Source: Candidatus Omnitrophota bacterium
Lineage (GTDB): Bacteria; Omnitrophota; Omnitrophia; Omnitrophales; Aquincolibacteriaceae
Reading direction: 5' to 3'
NCBI GenBank assembly: GCA_023247035.1
Contig: JAHFHG010000006.1
Coordinates: 298-64,297, forward strand
Length of the DNA stretch: 64,000 nt
Shown: one piece after another, positions 35,172 through 45,057 of the stretch
Position numbering within the stretch: the first letter of the stretch is position 1
Layout of the letters: every line of letters starts with the position of its first letter
Notes under the pieces: generated by a model
Databases searched by the model: none
What the model was told of the DNA's origin: nothing
The model's input: only the letters and a program-made list of their open reading frames with translations
Made by a program: the position numbers and the translations under genes

Positions 35172-37405
35172 TGCGAGTCCACGAACTAGCCAAAGAATTA
35201 GGATCTGCGAGTAAAGATTTGCTGGCGCGCATTCAGGCGCTGGGCGGAGAGGCCAAAAATCATATGTCCCTTGTGGAAGGCCCTATCCTCGAAGCGGTGC
35301 GAAAGAGCTTCAAGCAGCCACCGGCGGACAAGGAAAAAAAATCAGAAGCCAAGGCGGCAAGCTCAAAAACAAGTCCCGCGATGAAAACGTCTTCTGCCGC
35401 GCCTTCCCACCGGCAGCGGAAAATAGAAACCGAAAAAAAATCTCCTGTCGGGGAATCGCCTGCCGCGTCCCTGCCGCAAGCCGCGCCTCGCAAGGGGATC
35501 GAAGAAGGCAAACCGGCTCCCCAGGCTGTCCCGGTTTCAAAGTCTCCGGGATTCATCAAGGAAGAGAAAGTTGCGGGGGCCGCAATCCCTGCCGCGGTAA
35601 AAACCGAAATCTCACCTTCCGGGCCGGCCGCGGCGGTCGCCGAAGCCATTGAAATTCAATTTCCTATTATGGTCGGAATGCTTGCAGCCCAGCTGCGCAT
35701 CAAGGTCTCTGATTTAATCAAAAATTTGATGGGAATGGGAATCTTTGCCAATGTGAATCAGATGCTTAATGAAGAGATCGTTTTCAAGCTCGCCGGCAAG
35801 ATGGGGATCAATATCAAAAAGGCCGATGACGAGGAAGAAAAAATCCTTCATTCAAAATTTGAGGACAAAGAAGATGCCGGGCTTTTGAAGCCCCGGCCTC
35901 CGGTGGTGACTTTGATGGGCCACGTCGACCACGGAAAGACCTCTCTTCTGGATGCGATCCGGAAAACCAATGTGGCTGCAAAAGAAAAGGGAGCGATCAC
36001 GCAGCATATCGGCGCTTACGGGGTCGACATTCCCGGTAAAGGGCACGTCACTTTTCTGGATACGCCGGGCCACGAGGCCTTTACGGCCATGCGCGCCCGC
36101 GGGGCCAATATTACGGACGTGGTGGTTCTTGTGGTTGCCGCAGATGACGGGGTCATGCCCCAGACCCTTGAGGCCGTTGATCATGCGCGCGAAGCGGGAT
36201 GCCCGATTGTGGTTGCCGTCAATAAATCCGACCTTCCCAACGCCAATCCTCAAAAAGTAATGACGGGACTTCAAAAAATGGATCTTATTCCGGAAGAATG
36301 GGGCGGCAAAACCATTTGCGTTAAAGTTTCCGCGAAGACCGGCCAGGGGATTGAGAATCTTCTTGAGATGCTTCTTTTGGAAGCCGAGGTCTTAGAATTA
36401 AAAGCCAATCCCGACAGGCCTGCCTTCGGCACTGTCATTGAGGGCCATATTTCTAAGGGAAGTGGCCCGGTCGCTGCGGTGATTGTGCAAAAAGGAACAT
36501 TGAAAGTCGGCGATATCGTGGTCTGCGGCGTCTGCTCCGGCCGCGTCAGGGCTCTTCGAAATGATCGGGGCAAGAGCGTTCGTGAGGCAGGGCCCTCCTA
36601 TGCGGTTGAATTGACGGGCCTGAACCAGGTTCCGCAGGCCGGAGAAATTTTTTTCGTCGCGGAAGATGAAAAAACAGCCCGCAAGATTACGGAAAAAAGA
36701 ATCCTCGAAGAAAGGGAAAAACAAAGCCGCGGCGCTCCCAGGCATTTATCTCTTGAGGATCTTTATCACCGGATTTCGGAAGGAAATTTCAAAGAGCTGA
36801 AACTCATTATCAAAGCCGACGTCCAAGGGTCGGTGGAGGCCTTGGCGCAGTCGCTTGAAAAGTTGAGTTCCGAGCAGTGCCGTATCCGCGTCATTCACGG
36901 CGGAGTGGGCGGAATCAATGAATCCGATGTGATGCTTGCCGCGGCCTCTGACGCCATCATTCTGGGTTTCCACGTCAAAGCGGATCCCAAGACTCAAGAA
37001 ACGGGTGAAAAAGAAGGCGTTGATTTAAGGTTTTACAGCATCATTTATGAGGCGGTTGAGGATGTCAGAAAGGCCTTGGAAGGTTTGCTTGAGCCGACTT
37101 ACAAAGAAGTCTCCGAAGGGCGTGTCCAGATCCGGAAAGTCTTTAAGATTTCCAGAATCGGCACCGTGGGCGGGGGAATGGTTGTGAAAGGAAAGATTGT
37201 CAGGAGCAACCGCATTCGTATTCTTCGGAACCTTGTTGTGGCTTTCGAAGGCAAGCTCTCTTCGCTGAAACGGTTTAAAGATGACGTGCGGGAAGTCGCT
37301 CAAGGTTATGAATGCGGCCTTTCGGTTGAAGGATTTGAGGATCTCCGCGAGGGCGACGTGATTGAATGCTACCGCCTGGATAAGATTGCGACGAAGTTGT
37401 TATAG
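35171..37405 (+). CDS. infB: Translation initiation factor IF-2.
   Basis: G-domain '[16 protein letters not shown]', 'DTPGHEAF' and 'NKSD'. The start overlaps the nusA stop (TAATG). Confidence 0.95.
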   Translation: MRVHELAKELGSASKDLLARIQALGGEAKNHMSLVEGPILEAVRKSFKQPPADKEKKSEAKAASSKTSPAMKTSSAAPSHRQRKIETEKKSPVGESPAASLPQAAPRKGIEEGKPAPQAVPVSKSPGFIKEEKVAGAAIPAAVKTEISPSGPAAAVAEAIEIQFPIMVGMLAAQLRIKVSDLIKNLMGMGIFANVNQMLNEEIVFKLAGKMGINIKKADDEEEKILHSKFEDKEDAGLLKPRPPVVTLMGHVDHGKTSLLDAIRKTNVAAKEKGAITQHIGAYGVDIPGKGHVTFLDTPGHEAFTAMRARGANITDVVVLVVAADDGVMPQTLEAVDHAREAGCPIVVAVNKSDLPNANPQKVMTGLQKMDLIPEEWGGKTICVKVSAKTGQGIENLLEMLLLEAEVLELKANPDRPAFGTVIEGHISKGSGPVAAVIVQKGTLKVGDIVVCGVCSGRVRALRNDRGKSVREAGPSYAVELTGLNQVPQAGEIFFVAEDEKTARKITEKRILEEREKQSRGAPRHLSLEDLYHRISEGNFKELKLIIKADVQGSVEALAQSLEKLSSEQCRIRVIHGGVGGINESDVMLAAASDAIILGFHVKADPKTQETGEKEGVDLRFYSIIYEAVEDVRKALEGLLEPTYKEVSEGRVQIRKVFKISRIGTVGGGMVVKGKIVRSNRIRILRNLVVAFEGKLSSLKRFKDDVREVAQGYECGLSVEGFEDLREGDVIECYRLDKIATKLL

Positions 37406-37413
37406 GATTTTTT

Positions 37414-37770
37414 ATGCAGGGCAAACGGATAGAGCGCGTAGGGCATTTGATTCAAATGGAATTAAGCCGGCTTCTTCTTCACCGCGTCAAGGACCCGCGC
37501 CTCGGCTTTGTTACGATTACTCACGTGAAAGTTACGCCGGACCTGCGTTCCGCCTGTGTTTTTTACAGCGCCATGGGCGATGAAAAGAGCCGTAAAAATT
37601 CTCAGGTGGCATTGGAAAAAGCCGCTGGTTTTTTGCAAAAAGAAATCGGATCGGCAATCCAGCTTCGCAATACCCCGAAATTGCAATTTTGTTTCGATGA
37701 TTCTCTGGATCGCGGCCTTGAGATTGACAAGGTCCTTCGTAAACTCCGCGAGGGCGACCGGAGCGATTGA
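37414..37770 (+). CDS. rbfA: Ribosome-binding factor A.
   Basis: 'RIERVGHLIQMELSRLL...DPRLGFVTITHVKVTPDLRSACVFYS'. Confidence 0.9.
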   Translation: MQGKRIERVGHLIQMELSRLLLHRVKDPRLGFVTITHVKVTPDLRSACVFYSAMGDEKSRKNSQVALEKAAGFLQKEIGSAIQLRNTPKLQFCFDDSLDRGLEIDKVLRKLREGDRSD

Positions 37771-38804
37771 GCCTTATGGAAACTGACCTTAAAAACAGGA
37801 CACCCACGCACCGCCGCAAGGGAGCCGGCGACCTTAAAGCGTTCTGTAAGGCGCTCAAAACCTACGATCATTACTTGTTGTCGTGCCACGTCGCTCCGGA
37901 AGGAGATGCGATCGGCAGCATCCTGGCCATGAATTCCCTCTTGAGGCGATTAGGGAAAAAGACGTCCGTGGTTTCTGAAGATCCATTTCCGGAAAGGCTT
38001 TCCTGCCTCTCTTCAAAATACTGGAAGCAGGTGGATCAGATCCGCGCCGCGCCTCCCCGGTTTCAGGCCTTAGTGTTGGCCGACTGCCCTAATTTAGACC
38101 GGATCGGCCGGGTCAAACAATTATTGAATCCCGATACGGTGATTTTCAATATTGACCATCACATCAGCAATCTCTACTTTGGACATTACAATTACGTCCG
38201 CCCCGAGGCTGCGGCGAGCGGGGAAGTGGTCTTTGATATTTTTAAATCCCTGCGGTTAGCGCTGACCAAAGAGGAAGCCACGAACCTTTACGTTGCGCTC
38301 TCCACCGATACCGGCTCTTTTAAATATTCCAACACCAGCGCGCGGAGCCACTTGATGGCCGCGGAACTGATCCGCTGCGGGATCCGCTTGGAGCAAATTA
38401 ACGAAGGCTTGAACGCCACTTACTCGCTCAGCAAGATCAATCTTTACAGCCGGCTCTTCAGCCGGGTCAGAACGGCTGAGAATGGCCGCATTGCCTGGGT
38501 CGTCCTGAAACGCGAGGATTTGAGGGATTCGGGCGCCACTTATGAGGACACGGAAGGCTTCATTGATTTTTTAAAATACTTAAGAGAAGTGAAAATCGCT
38601 TTTTTTCTTATCGAATCTTCCCAGGATTCCGAAATCCGCGTTTCCTTCCGGTCCAAAGACGATTATGACGTCAATAAAATCGCCGCTTCGTTTGAAGGAG
38701 GCGGCCATAAAAAAGCCGCAGGCTGCACGTTTAGGGGCGCCACCGTGGAAGAGGCGGAACGGATTATATTAGAAAGGCTGCGCCGGGAATTCAGCTCCCG
38801 ATGA
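37767..38804 (+). CDS. nrnA: DHH/DHHA1 phosphoesterase (NrnA-like oligoribonuclease / pAp phosphatase).
   Basis: 'IFNIDHHISN' DHH motif and a 'GGGHKKAAG' DHHA1 motif. The position between rbfA and truB is conserved. Confidence 0.8.
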   Translation: MSLMETDLKNRTPTHRRKGAGDLKAFCKALKTYDHYLLSCHVAPEGDAIGSILAMNSLLRRLGKKTSVVSEDPFPERLSCLSSKYWKQVDQIRAAPPRFQALVLADCPNLDRIGRVKQLLNPDTVIFNIDHHISNLYFGHYNYVRPEAAASGEVVFDIFKSLRLALTKEEATNLYVALSTDTGSFKYSNTSARSHLMAAELIRCGIRLEQINEGLNATYSLSKINLYSRLFSRVRTAENGRIAWVVLKREDLRDSGATYEDTEGFIDFLKYLREVKIAFFLIESSQDSEIRVSFRSKDDYDVNKIAASFEGGGHKKAAGCTFRGATVEEAERIILERLRREFSSR

Positions 38805-39556
38805 ATTCCCCAATCCATTCGATGGACGGCATTCTTTTAGTGGACAAACCCGCGGACTGGACTTCGCACGATGTCTGCGCATTCGTAAGGAGCCATTTTA
38901 AGATCAAAAAAGTAGGCCACGCCGGCACGCTTGATCCGCTTGCTACGGGCCTTCTTGTGCTCCTCCTTGGAAGGGCCACCAAACAATCCATTCCGCTCAG
39001 CTCCTGTGATAAAGAATATTACGGCGTGATGGAGCTCGGAATCAAAACCGATTCCCACGACCGGAAAGGCAAAGTGATTGCGGAAGCTCCTTGGGAGGCC
39101 GTCAGCCTCGAACAAATCCGCGTTCAAGCGCTCCGGTTTACAGGCGAGATTCTGCAGATTCCTCCGATGGTCTCCGCTTTGAAACACAAAGGCGTGCGGC
39201 TGTATGAATTGGCGCGGCGGGGAATCCAGATCCCGCGTGAGGAGAGAAAGATTACCGTTCATGAATTCACGATTAAAGAAAAGCAAGGGCCCTTTGTCCG
39301 ATTTTCTGCCTGGGTCTCAAAGGGAACTTACCTTCGGACCTTGGTCAATGACCTGGGAGACGCCCTGGGGTGTTTTGCCGCGCTTGCCGAACTGCGCCGG
39401 ATCCGGAGCGGCGAATTCAAATTAGAAGACAGCGTCGGCGTGGATCAGCTTAGGCAGATGACGGCGGGCGATTTGCGGCAGAGAATGATGATTGCGCGGC
39501 CTTCTTCCCTACTTTCTTATGCGGATTTACACAACGCTCGAAACGTTCCGTCCTGA
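38801..39556 (+). CDS. truB: tRNA pseudouridine(55) synthase TruB.
   Basis: 'ILLVDKPADWTSHDV...KVGHAGTLDPLATGLLVLLLG'. Confidence 0.9.
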   Translation: MNSPIHSMDGILLVDKPADWTSHDVCAFVRSHFKIKKVGHAGTLDPLATGLLVLLLGRATKQSIPLSSCDKEYYGVMELGIKTDSHDRKGKVIAEAPWEAVSLEQIRVQALRFTGEILQIPPMVSALKHKGVRLYELARRGIQIPREERKITVHEFTIKEKQGPFVRFSAWVSKGTYLRTLVNDLGDALGCFAALAELRRIRSGEFKLEDSVGVDQLRQMTAGDLRQRMMIARPSSLLSYADLHNARNVPS

Positions 39557-40571
39557 TTTTTCCTCTCCTCTGTTTTTGGCCCTCGGCAATTTTGACGGTC
39601 TGCATATCGGCCATCAAAATATTTTAAGAAGGGCGCTTCAAGAAGCGGCTTTATCTAAGGGGAGACTCGCGGTTCTGACTTTTCAAAGGCATCCTCAGCA
39701 GATCCTCCAAACTCAAAAGCCTGTGCCGCGTTTATTGACTTCTCCTTTTCACAAATTGTGGCTGCTCAAAGAATCGAAAGCGGATATTTGTTTTTTCCTG
39801 CCCTTCACCACGGAGTTTTCCCGGCTTGAGCCGGAGGCCTTTATCGAAAAGATTCTGATCCAGCGCCTGAAAATCCATAAAGTTTATATGGGCTACAGCG
39901 CGCGCTTCGGGCATCATCGAAAAGGGGACGTAAACTTGATGCGCGAAGCCTCGAAGCGGTTCGGGTTCGGCTTTGAGGAAATACCGCCGGTGAAAATCCA
40001 AAATGAATTTGTTTCGAGCTCCAAAATAAGAGAGTTTGTATCGGCGGGCCGTCTTGAAGAGGCCAGGTCCTTTCTTGGACGGCCTTACAGCATTCTGGGG
40101 AAGGTTATCAAGGGAGGCGGCCAAGGCGCGCGGCTGGGTTATCCAACGGCAAATCTCGAGGCGGTGGAATATGTTTTGCCTCCTCAAGGAGTTTATCCCG
40201 CGGAAGCGCGGCTGTTTTCGCTCAGCGCAGGGCCGCAAAATGAGGCGGGAGAAATTTTTCGCGGCGGGCCGGCCGGATCTTGGTATCGCGGGGTTCTTAA
40301 TTATGGATTTCGTCCGACCTTCAAGGCCGCCGCCGAACCGCAGCTCGAAATTCACCTCTTGGATTTTCACGGCGATCTTTATGGAAAAGACCTTGAGGTT
40401 TCGTTTCATCCCCGGTTCAGAGAGGAAAAGAGGTTTGAAACGGCGGAAGGTTTAAAGGCGCAGATTGCCGAAGATATCGCGGCTGCGAAGAGATATTTTT
40501 CCATTTCTCAAGTCAGCCCCCTTCAAAAAACGGCCAAAGAATCGGGGGGCGCCTTTTTATTTCTTAAATAA
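39519..40571 (+). CDS. ribF: Bifunctional riboflavin kinase / FAD synthetase.
   Basis: 'LALGNFDGLHIGHQ' and a C-terminal riboflavin kinase 'GRPYSILGKVIKGGGQGARLGYPTANL'. The start is uncertain: the ORF track gives 39492, which overlaps the truB end. Confidence 0.85.
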   Translation: MRIYTTLETFRPDFSSPLFLALGNFDGLHIGHQNILRRALQEAALSKGRLAVLTFQRHPQQILQTQKPVPRLLTSPFHKLWLLKESKADICFFLPFTTEFSRLEPEAFIEKILIQRLKIHKVYMGYSARFGHHRKGDVNLMREASKRFGFGFEEIPPVKIQNEFVSSSKIREFVSAGRLEEARSFLGRPYSILGKVIKGGGQGARLGYPTANLEAVEYVLPPQGVYPAEARLFSLSAGPQNEAGEIFRGGPAGSWYRGVLNYGFRPTFKAAAEPQLEIHLLDFHGDLYGKDLEVSFHPRFREEKRFETAEGLKAQIAEDIAAAKRYFSISQVSPLQKTAKESGGAFLFLK

Positions 40572-40654
40572 TTGTCAACCTCCAGCGGAAAACCCATTGA
40601 CGGTTTTTGGGAAAAAAGTTAGACTGCCCCCCTCTTATGCCTCAAGGAAAAATC

Positions 40655-41473
40655 ATGATCAAACCCAATCTGGATCAGCTCAAAGCCCGCGCCAAACAGA
40701 TTCGCCGCGATATTATTGAAATGACCTGCCAGGCCGGTTCCGGCCACCCGGGAGGCTCTCTTTCCGCCGTCGAAATTGCGGCCGCGCTTTATTTTTCCGT
40801 CATGAATTATGATCCCAAAAATCCGAATTCGCCGGATCGCGACCGTTTTATTCTCAGCAAAGGCCACGCCGCGCCGCTTCTCTACTCGGTCCTGGCCGAG
40901 GCAGGCTATTTCAACCGTGATTTCCTCCTTACTTTTCGCAGGCTTGGCAGCCCGCTGCAAGGCCATCCCGACCGGCGGCGCCTCGCGGGAGTGGAGGCCT
41001 CCACAGGTTCGCTGGGGCAGGGCCTTTCGATCGGGATCGGACACGCCCTCGCAAGACGCCTGGATAAGAAATCTTATTTTACTTACGTCCTTCTAAGCGA
41101 CGGGGAAACGAACGAAGGCCAAACCTGGGAAGCCGCCGCAATGGCCGCTCATCACAACGTGGATCATTTGATCGCCTTCCTGGATTACAATAAATTTCAA
41201 TTGGATGATGCGACGCACGTGATCTGCGATATGGAGCCGATGGCCGCCAAATGGGAAAGTTTCGGCTGGCACGTTCAGGAAATCGACGGGCACGATTTTG
41301 ATCAGATTTTTAAAGCGGTCGAGGCCGCCCAGCAAGTCAAGGGGCAGCCGGCAATGATTGTGTCCCACACCCTTAAAGGCAAGGGGATCAGCTTTATGGA
41401 AAACAACAACCATTTTCACGGGGTCGCGCCCACGCGCGAAGAGGCCGACCGCGCCCTCAAGGAACTTGCCTGA
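40655..41473 (+). CDS. Transketolase, N-terminal (TPP-binding) subunit of a split enzyme.
   Basis: 'GSGHPGGSLSAVEI' and 'LSDGETNEGQTWEA'. The ATG at 40655 is preceded by AAGGAAAAA. The ORF track starts at 40607. Confidence 0.85.
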   Translation: MIKPNLDQLKARAKQIRRDIIEMTCQAGSGHPGGSLSAVEIAAALYFSVMNYDPKNPNSPDRDRFILSKGHAAPLLYSVLAEAGYFNRDFLLTFRRLGSPLQGHPDRRRLAGVEASTGSLGQGLSIGIGHALARRLDKKSYFTYVLLSDGETNEGQTWEAAAMAAHHNVDHLIAFLDYNKFQLDDATHVICDMEPMAAKWESFGWHVQEIDGHDFDQIFKAVEAAQQVKGQPAMIVSHTLKGKGISFMENNNHFHGVAPTREEADRALKELA

Positions 41474-42414
41474 TGGAACGGAAATTGGGGAAAGCCACGC
41501 GCGACGCCTACGGGCAGGTTCTTATCGAACTCGGCCGGAAAAATCCCAACATTGTGGTTCTCGATGCGGATCTTTCAAAATCCACCAAAACCGCGGATTT
41601 CGCCAAGGCATTTCCGGAGCGGTTTATCAATGTCGGCATTATGGAAGCCAATATGGTCGGCGTGGCGTCAGGTCTCGCGGCGTGCGGAAAGATTCCTTTC
41701 ATTTCCAGTTTCGCCTGCTTTCTGATGTGCAAAGGATTCGACCAGCTGCGAATGAGCGTCGCCTTTCCGGAACTCAATGTGAAAGTCGTCGCTTCTCACG
41801 GAGGAATTTCGGTCGGAGAAGACGGCGCTTCGCAGATGAGCATTGAAGACATCGCCCTCGCCGCCGCGCTCCCTCATTTTGTTGTGATGATCCCGGCCGA
41901 TGAATTCGCCACCCGCGCGCTTGTGACCCGGGCGGTCGATTATCCTAAGCCGGTTTTCATGCGGACGTGCCGTCCTAAAGCTCCGTTAATTTACAACGAG
42001 CAAACTCATTTCGAAATCGGAAAAGGAATGGTTGTCCGCGAGGGCCGGGACGTTTCAATCGTTGCCACGGGCCTTCTTGTTGCCGAGGCCTTGGAGGCGA
42101 GTCAGATCCTCGAGAAAAAAGGGATACAGGCCGGCGTGATGGATATCCACACGATTAAACCGATTGACGAAGACTTGCTGATCCGGGAGGCGCAAAAGAC
42201 AAAACACGTCGTGGTCGCCGAGGAGCATCAAATTTGGGGCGGACTCGGAAGCGCCGTCGCCAGAGTTTTGAGCCGGAACGTTCCCTGCAAAATGGAATTT
42301 GTGGCGATTCAAGATACCTACGCGGAATCCGGCCTGCCTGCAGAATTGTTTGATAAGTATAAGTTGTCCGCGCCCCATATTGCCGCGGCCGCCGAGCGTG
42401 TGCTGGGGAAGTAA
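41473..42414 (+). CDS. Transketolase, C-terminal (pyrimidine-binding) subunit.
   Basis: 'FINVGIMEANMVGVASGLA' and 'VVASHGGISVGEDGASQMSIED'. Confidence 0.85.
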   Translation: MERKLGKATRDAYGQVLIELGRKNPNIVVLDADLSKSTKTADFAKAFPERFINVGIMEANMVGVASGLAACGKIPFISSFACFLMCKGFDQLRMSVAFPELNVKVVASHGGISVGEDGASQMSIEDIALAAALPHFVVMIPADEFATRALVTRAVDYPKPVFMRTCRPKAPLIYNEQTHFEIGKGMVVREGRDVSIVATGLLVAEALEASQILEKKGIQAGVMDIHTIKPIDEDLLIREAQKTKHVVVAEEHQIWGGLGSAVARVLSRNVPCKMEFVAIQDTYAESGLPAELFDKYKLSAPHIAAAAERVLGK

Positions 42415-42420
42415 GTTTGA

Positions 42421-42683
42421 TAAATTTCCAAAATTGTTTTGATGCAATTAGGTTTGGCAAAATTTCAGTTCATTTCGTGTGAAGCTTTGCTCAACAAGCG
42501 GTTGAGCATTCCCGCGTCTTCCGGCGGGAAAGCGGCCCCGAGAAATGCGAAGCGTTTCCGGGACTAAAGTCCTGGAAATCGCTCCGCGATTTCACAGGGG
42601 AATCCAGAATCTCGATTCCTGATCGAAACATTCAAGAATAACAGGAAAAAAAATTCCGCTAAACTTAAATCGATAAAATCAAA
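42421..42683. repeat. Intergenic element family C/D, copy C: hairpin CTCAAC-AAGCG-GTTGAG + CATTCCCG, a ~110-nt insertion, then AACATTCAAGA.
   Basis: Shares the same ordered blocks with 53854-54098: AAAATTGT..., the hairpin-CATTCCCG block, and the AAACATTCAA box. Confidence 0.55.
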
Positions 42684-44375
42684 ATGATGTCCCGCCCCCG
42701 TCAAATTTTCTTTTTAATCTTACTTCTTTTCTTTCCCTTCCGCGCCGCCTTATCCGCCACAGCCGCCAAGGCGATGGTCGTGACCGCGGAACGCCAGGCG
42801 ACGCGCGCGGCCTTAGAAATTTTGCGAAATGGCGGCAATGCCGTCGATGCCGCGATCGCAGCTCAGTGGGTCCTCAACGTTGTCGAGCCGCAGTCCTCCG
42901 GCTTGGGCGGCGGTGGATTTTTCCTTTATTACGAGTCCGCCCCCAAACGGATTTATGCCTTTGACGGCCGCGAGGCCGCCCCCGCAGGAGCCTATCCCGA
43001 AATGTTTCTGGATAAAAAAGGCGATCCTTACCCTTTCACGCCGGACCGGATTACGGGAGGCCTTCCGGTCGGAGTCCCCGGAACTTTAAAGCTTTTGCAT
43101 CACGTTTACAGCCGTTTTGCCTCCAAAAAATTTTCGTTCGGGGAACTTTTCGCGCCCGCAATTGAAATCGCCGAGGGAGGTTTCCCCATTTCCCGGCGGC
43201 TTGCGGGATTTATCAATGAGGAAAAGGAACGGCTGAAACTTTTCAAGGCTTCCCGCCAAATTTTTTTTGACGCAAAAGGCAAACCGCTTGAAAAAGGGAT
43301 GTATCTTTTCCAGCATGACCTTGCCCGCACCTTCCGTTTGATCCAGGGCGAGGGGATACTCCCTTTCTACGAAGGAAAAATCGCCGACGCCATTGTCAAG
43401 GCCGTTCAAACCGCGCCCTTTCATCCCGGCCTGATGAAAAAGGAAGACCTCTTTTACTACCGTATCCTGGATCGAAATCCCACTCACGGAACTTATCGCG
43501 GCTTTGACATTTTCAGCATGGGGCCGCCTTCATCAGGAGGAACCACCTTGCTGGAGGCCTTGGGCATTCTTGAGCGTTATCAGCTCAGGCTCCACGGACG
43601 CAAGCCCGACGGTTTTCATTTGCTTTCCGAGGCCCAGAAGCTGGCCTTTCAGGACCGCAACCGTTTTTTGGGAGACCCGGCCTTTACGTACGTGCCCGTG
43701 CTCCGGCTTATTTCCAAATCCTTCGCGACGCGGCGCTCCCAGGAGATCCATTTTGAAATGGCGATCCCCACGACCGAGGCCGCGGTAAGGCCCTTGGCGT
43801 TGGAAAACTCGCACACTTCCCATCTTTCCATTGTGGACGAGCAGGGGAATATGGCGGCCTTCACGACGACGATTGAATCCGTGTTCGGATCCGCAATGGT
43901 GGTTCCCGGCTACGGCTTTCTGCTGAATAATGAGCTGACTGATTTTGAGGTGGTTCCGAAAAACGAAAATAAAAAACTTTTGCCCAATGCGGTCCAGGGA
44001 GAAAAAAAGCCGCGCAGCAGCATGACTCCGACTTTTATTTTTCAAAACGGCCGGCCTTTTCTTATCGCGGGCTCGCCGGGCGGATCAAAAATCATCGGCG
44101 CGGTTTTGAATGTGATCGTCAATCTGATCGATTTCGGAATGCCGCTTGAAGAAGCTCTCAGGGCCCCCCGGATCATCAATCGCGACGGCCCGATTGAGCT
44201 TGAAACTCAACTCTATCAAGACCTTGATCTCAAGCGCGAACTGGAGCGGAGGGGGCATCCGGTTGTTCTGAACCCGGCCATCGGCAATGTCCAGGCGGTT
44301 TATTTTGATTCGGAAAAAGATCAGATTACCGGAGCGAGCGACCCGCGCGGCGACGGCGAGGCGTTGGGGTACTGA
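42684..44375 (+). CDS. ggt: Gamma-glutamyltranspeptidase (secreted).
   Basis: Signal peptide. 'GGNAVDAAIA...PQSSGLGGGGFFLYY' and the Thr-nucleophile region 'TSHLSIVDEQGNMAAFTTTIE'. Confidence 0.9.
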   Translation: MMSRPRQIFFLILLLFFPFRAALSATAAKAMVVTAERQATRAALEILRNGGNAVDAAIAAQWVLNVVEPQSSGLGGGGFFLYYESAPKRIYAFDGREAAPAGAYPEMFLDKKGDPYPFTPDRITGGLPVGVPGTLKLLHHVYSRFASKKFSFGELFAPAIEIAEGGFPISRRLAGFINEEKERLKLFKASRQIFFDAKGKPLEKGMYLFQHDLARTFRLIQGEGILPFYEGKIADAIVKAVQTAPFHPGLMKKEDLFYYRILDRNPTHGTYRGFDIFSMGPPSSGGTTLLEALGILERYQLRLHGRKPDGFHLLSEAQKLAFQDRNRFLGDPAFTYVPVLRLISKSFATRRSQEIHFEMAIPTTEAAVRPLALENSHTSHLSIVDEQGNMAAFTTTIESVFGSAMVVPGYGFLLNNELTDFEVVPKNENKKLLPNAVQGEKKPRSSMTPTFIFQNGRPFLIAGSPGGSKIIGAVLNVIVNLIDFGMPLEEALRAPRIINRDGPIELETQLYQDLDLKRELERRGHPVVLNPAIGNVQAVYFDSEKDQITGASDPRGDGEALGY

Positions 44376-44436
44376 TAATAGAAACCAGTAACCAGGGAAC
44401 TTCTGGTTACTTAACCTTCGCTAAAGTGAAGAAGTC

Positions 44437-45039
44437 ATGAAGAAGCGCATTCTTAAAAAGCAAAAAATTCTTTACGAAGGCGATTTCCTGCAGCTCGTGC
44501 GTGAAGGCCCGTGGGAATATGTCCAAAGAAAGAATTGTTCCGGCGTTGTCGTCATTGTTCCCTTGACTCAAGACGAAAAGGCCGTGTTTGTCGAGCAGCG
44601 CCGCGTGCCCGTCGGAGGAAATGTGATCGAGTTTCCGGCCGGTTTAGTGGAGGATCACAACTTAGTCCGGCGAGAAAGTCTGGAAGCTGCGGCCCAGCGC
44701 GAATTGTTGGAAGAAACGGGGTACCACGCGGAGCATTTGGAACATCTTGTGTCCGGTCCGGCGGCCTCAGGATTGAGCTGCGAGATTGTGGCCTTTTACC
44801 GCGCCTGCTGCCTTGAAAAAAGGGGCCCGGGAGGCGGCGTCGAATTAGAATCCATCCTTGTGCATGAAATTCCGTTGAAGCGGGCAGAGGTTTGGCTTAA
44901 GCGGATGGAAAAAAAAGGAAAGCGGATCGATCCCAAGGTTTACATTGGAATTTATTTTCTGAACGCCGCCGTGAGAATGCGGCATTCCAAGAAAAAAACA
45001 CGTTTGGCCCGCAGGTCGCAAGCCTTCCTTCCGCGATGA
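44437..45039 (+). CDS. NUDIX hydrolase (ADP-ribose pyrophosphatase-like).
   Basis: Nudix box 'GGNVIEFPAGLVEDHNLVRRESLEAAAQRELLEETGY'. Confidence 0.8.
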   Translation: MKKRILKKQKILYEGDFLQLVREGPWEYVQRKNCSGVVVIVPLTQDEKAVFVEQRRVPVGGNVIEFPAGLVEDHNLVRRESLEAAAQRELLEETGYHAEHLEHLVSGPAASGLSCEIVAFYRACCLEKRGPGGGVELESILVHEIPLKRAEVWLKRMEKKGKRIDPKVYIGIYFLNAAVRMRHSKKKTRLARRSQAFLPR

Positions 45040-45057
45040 AAATCGCGCCGCTCCGAT

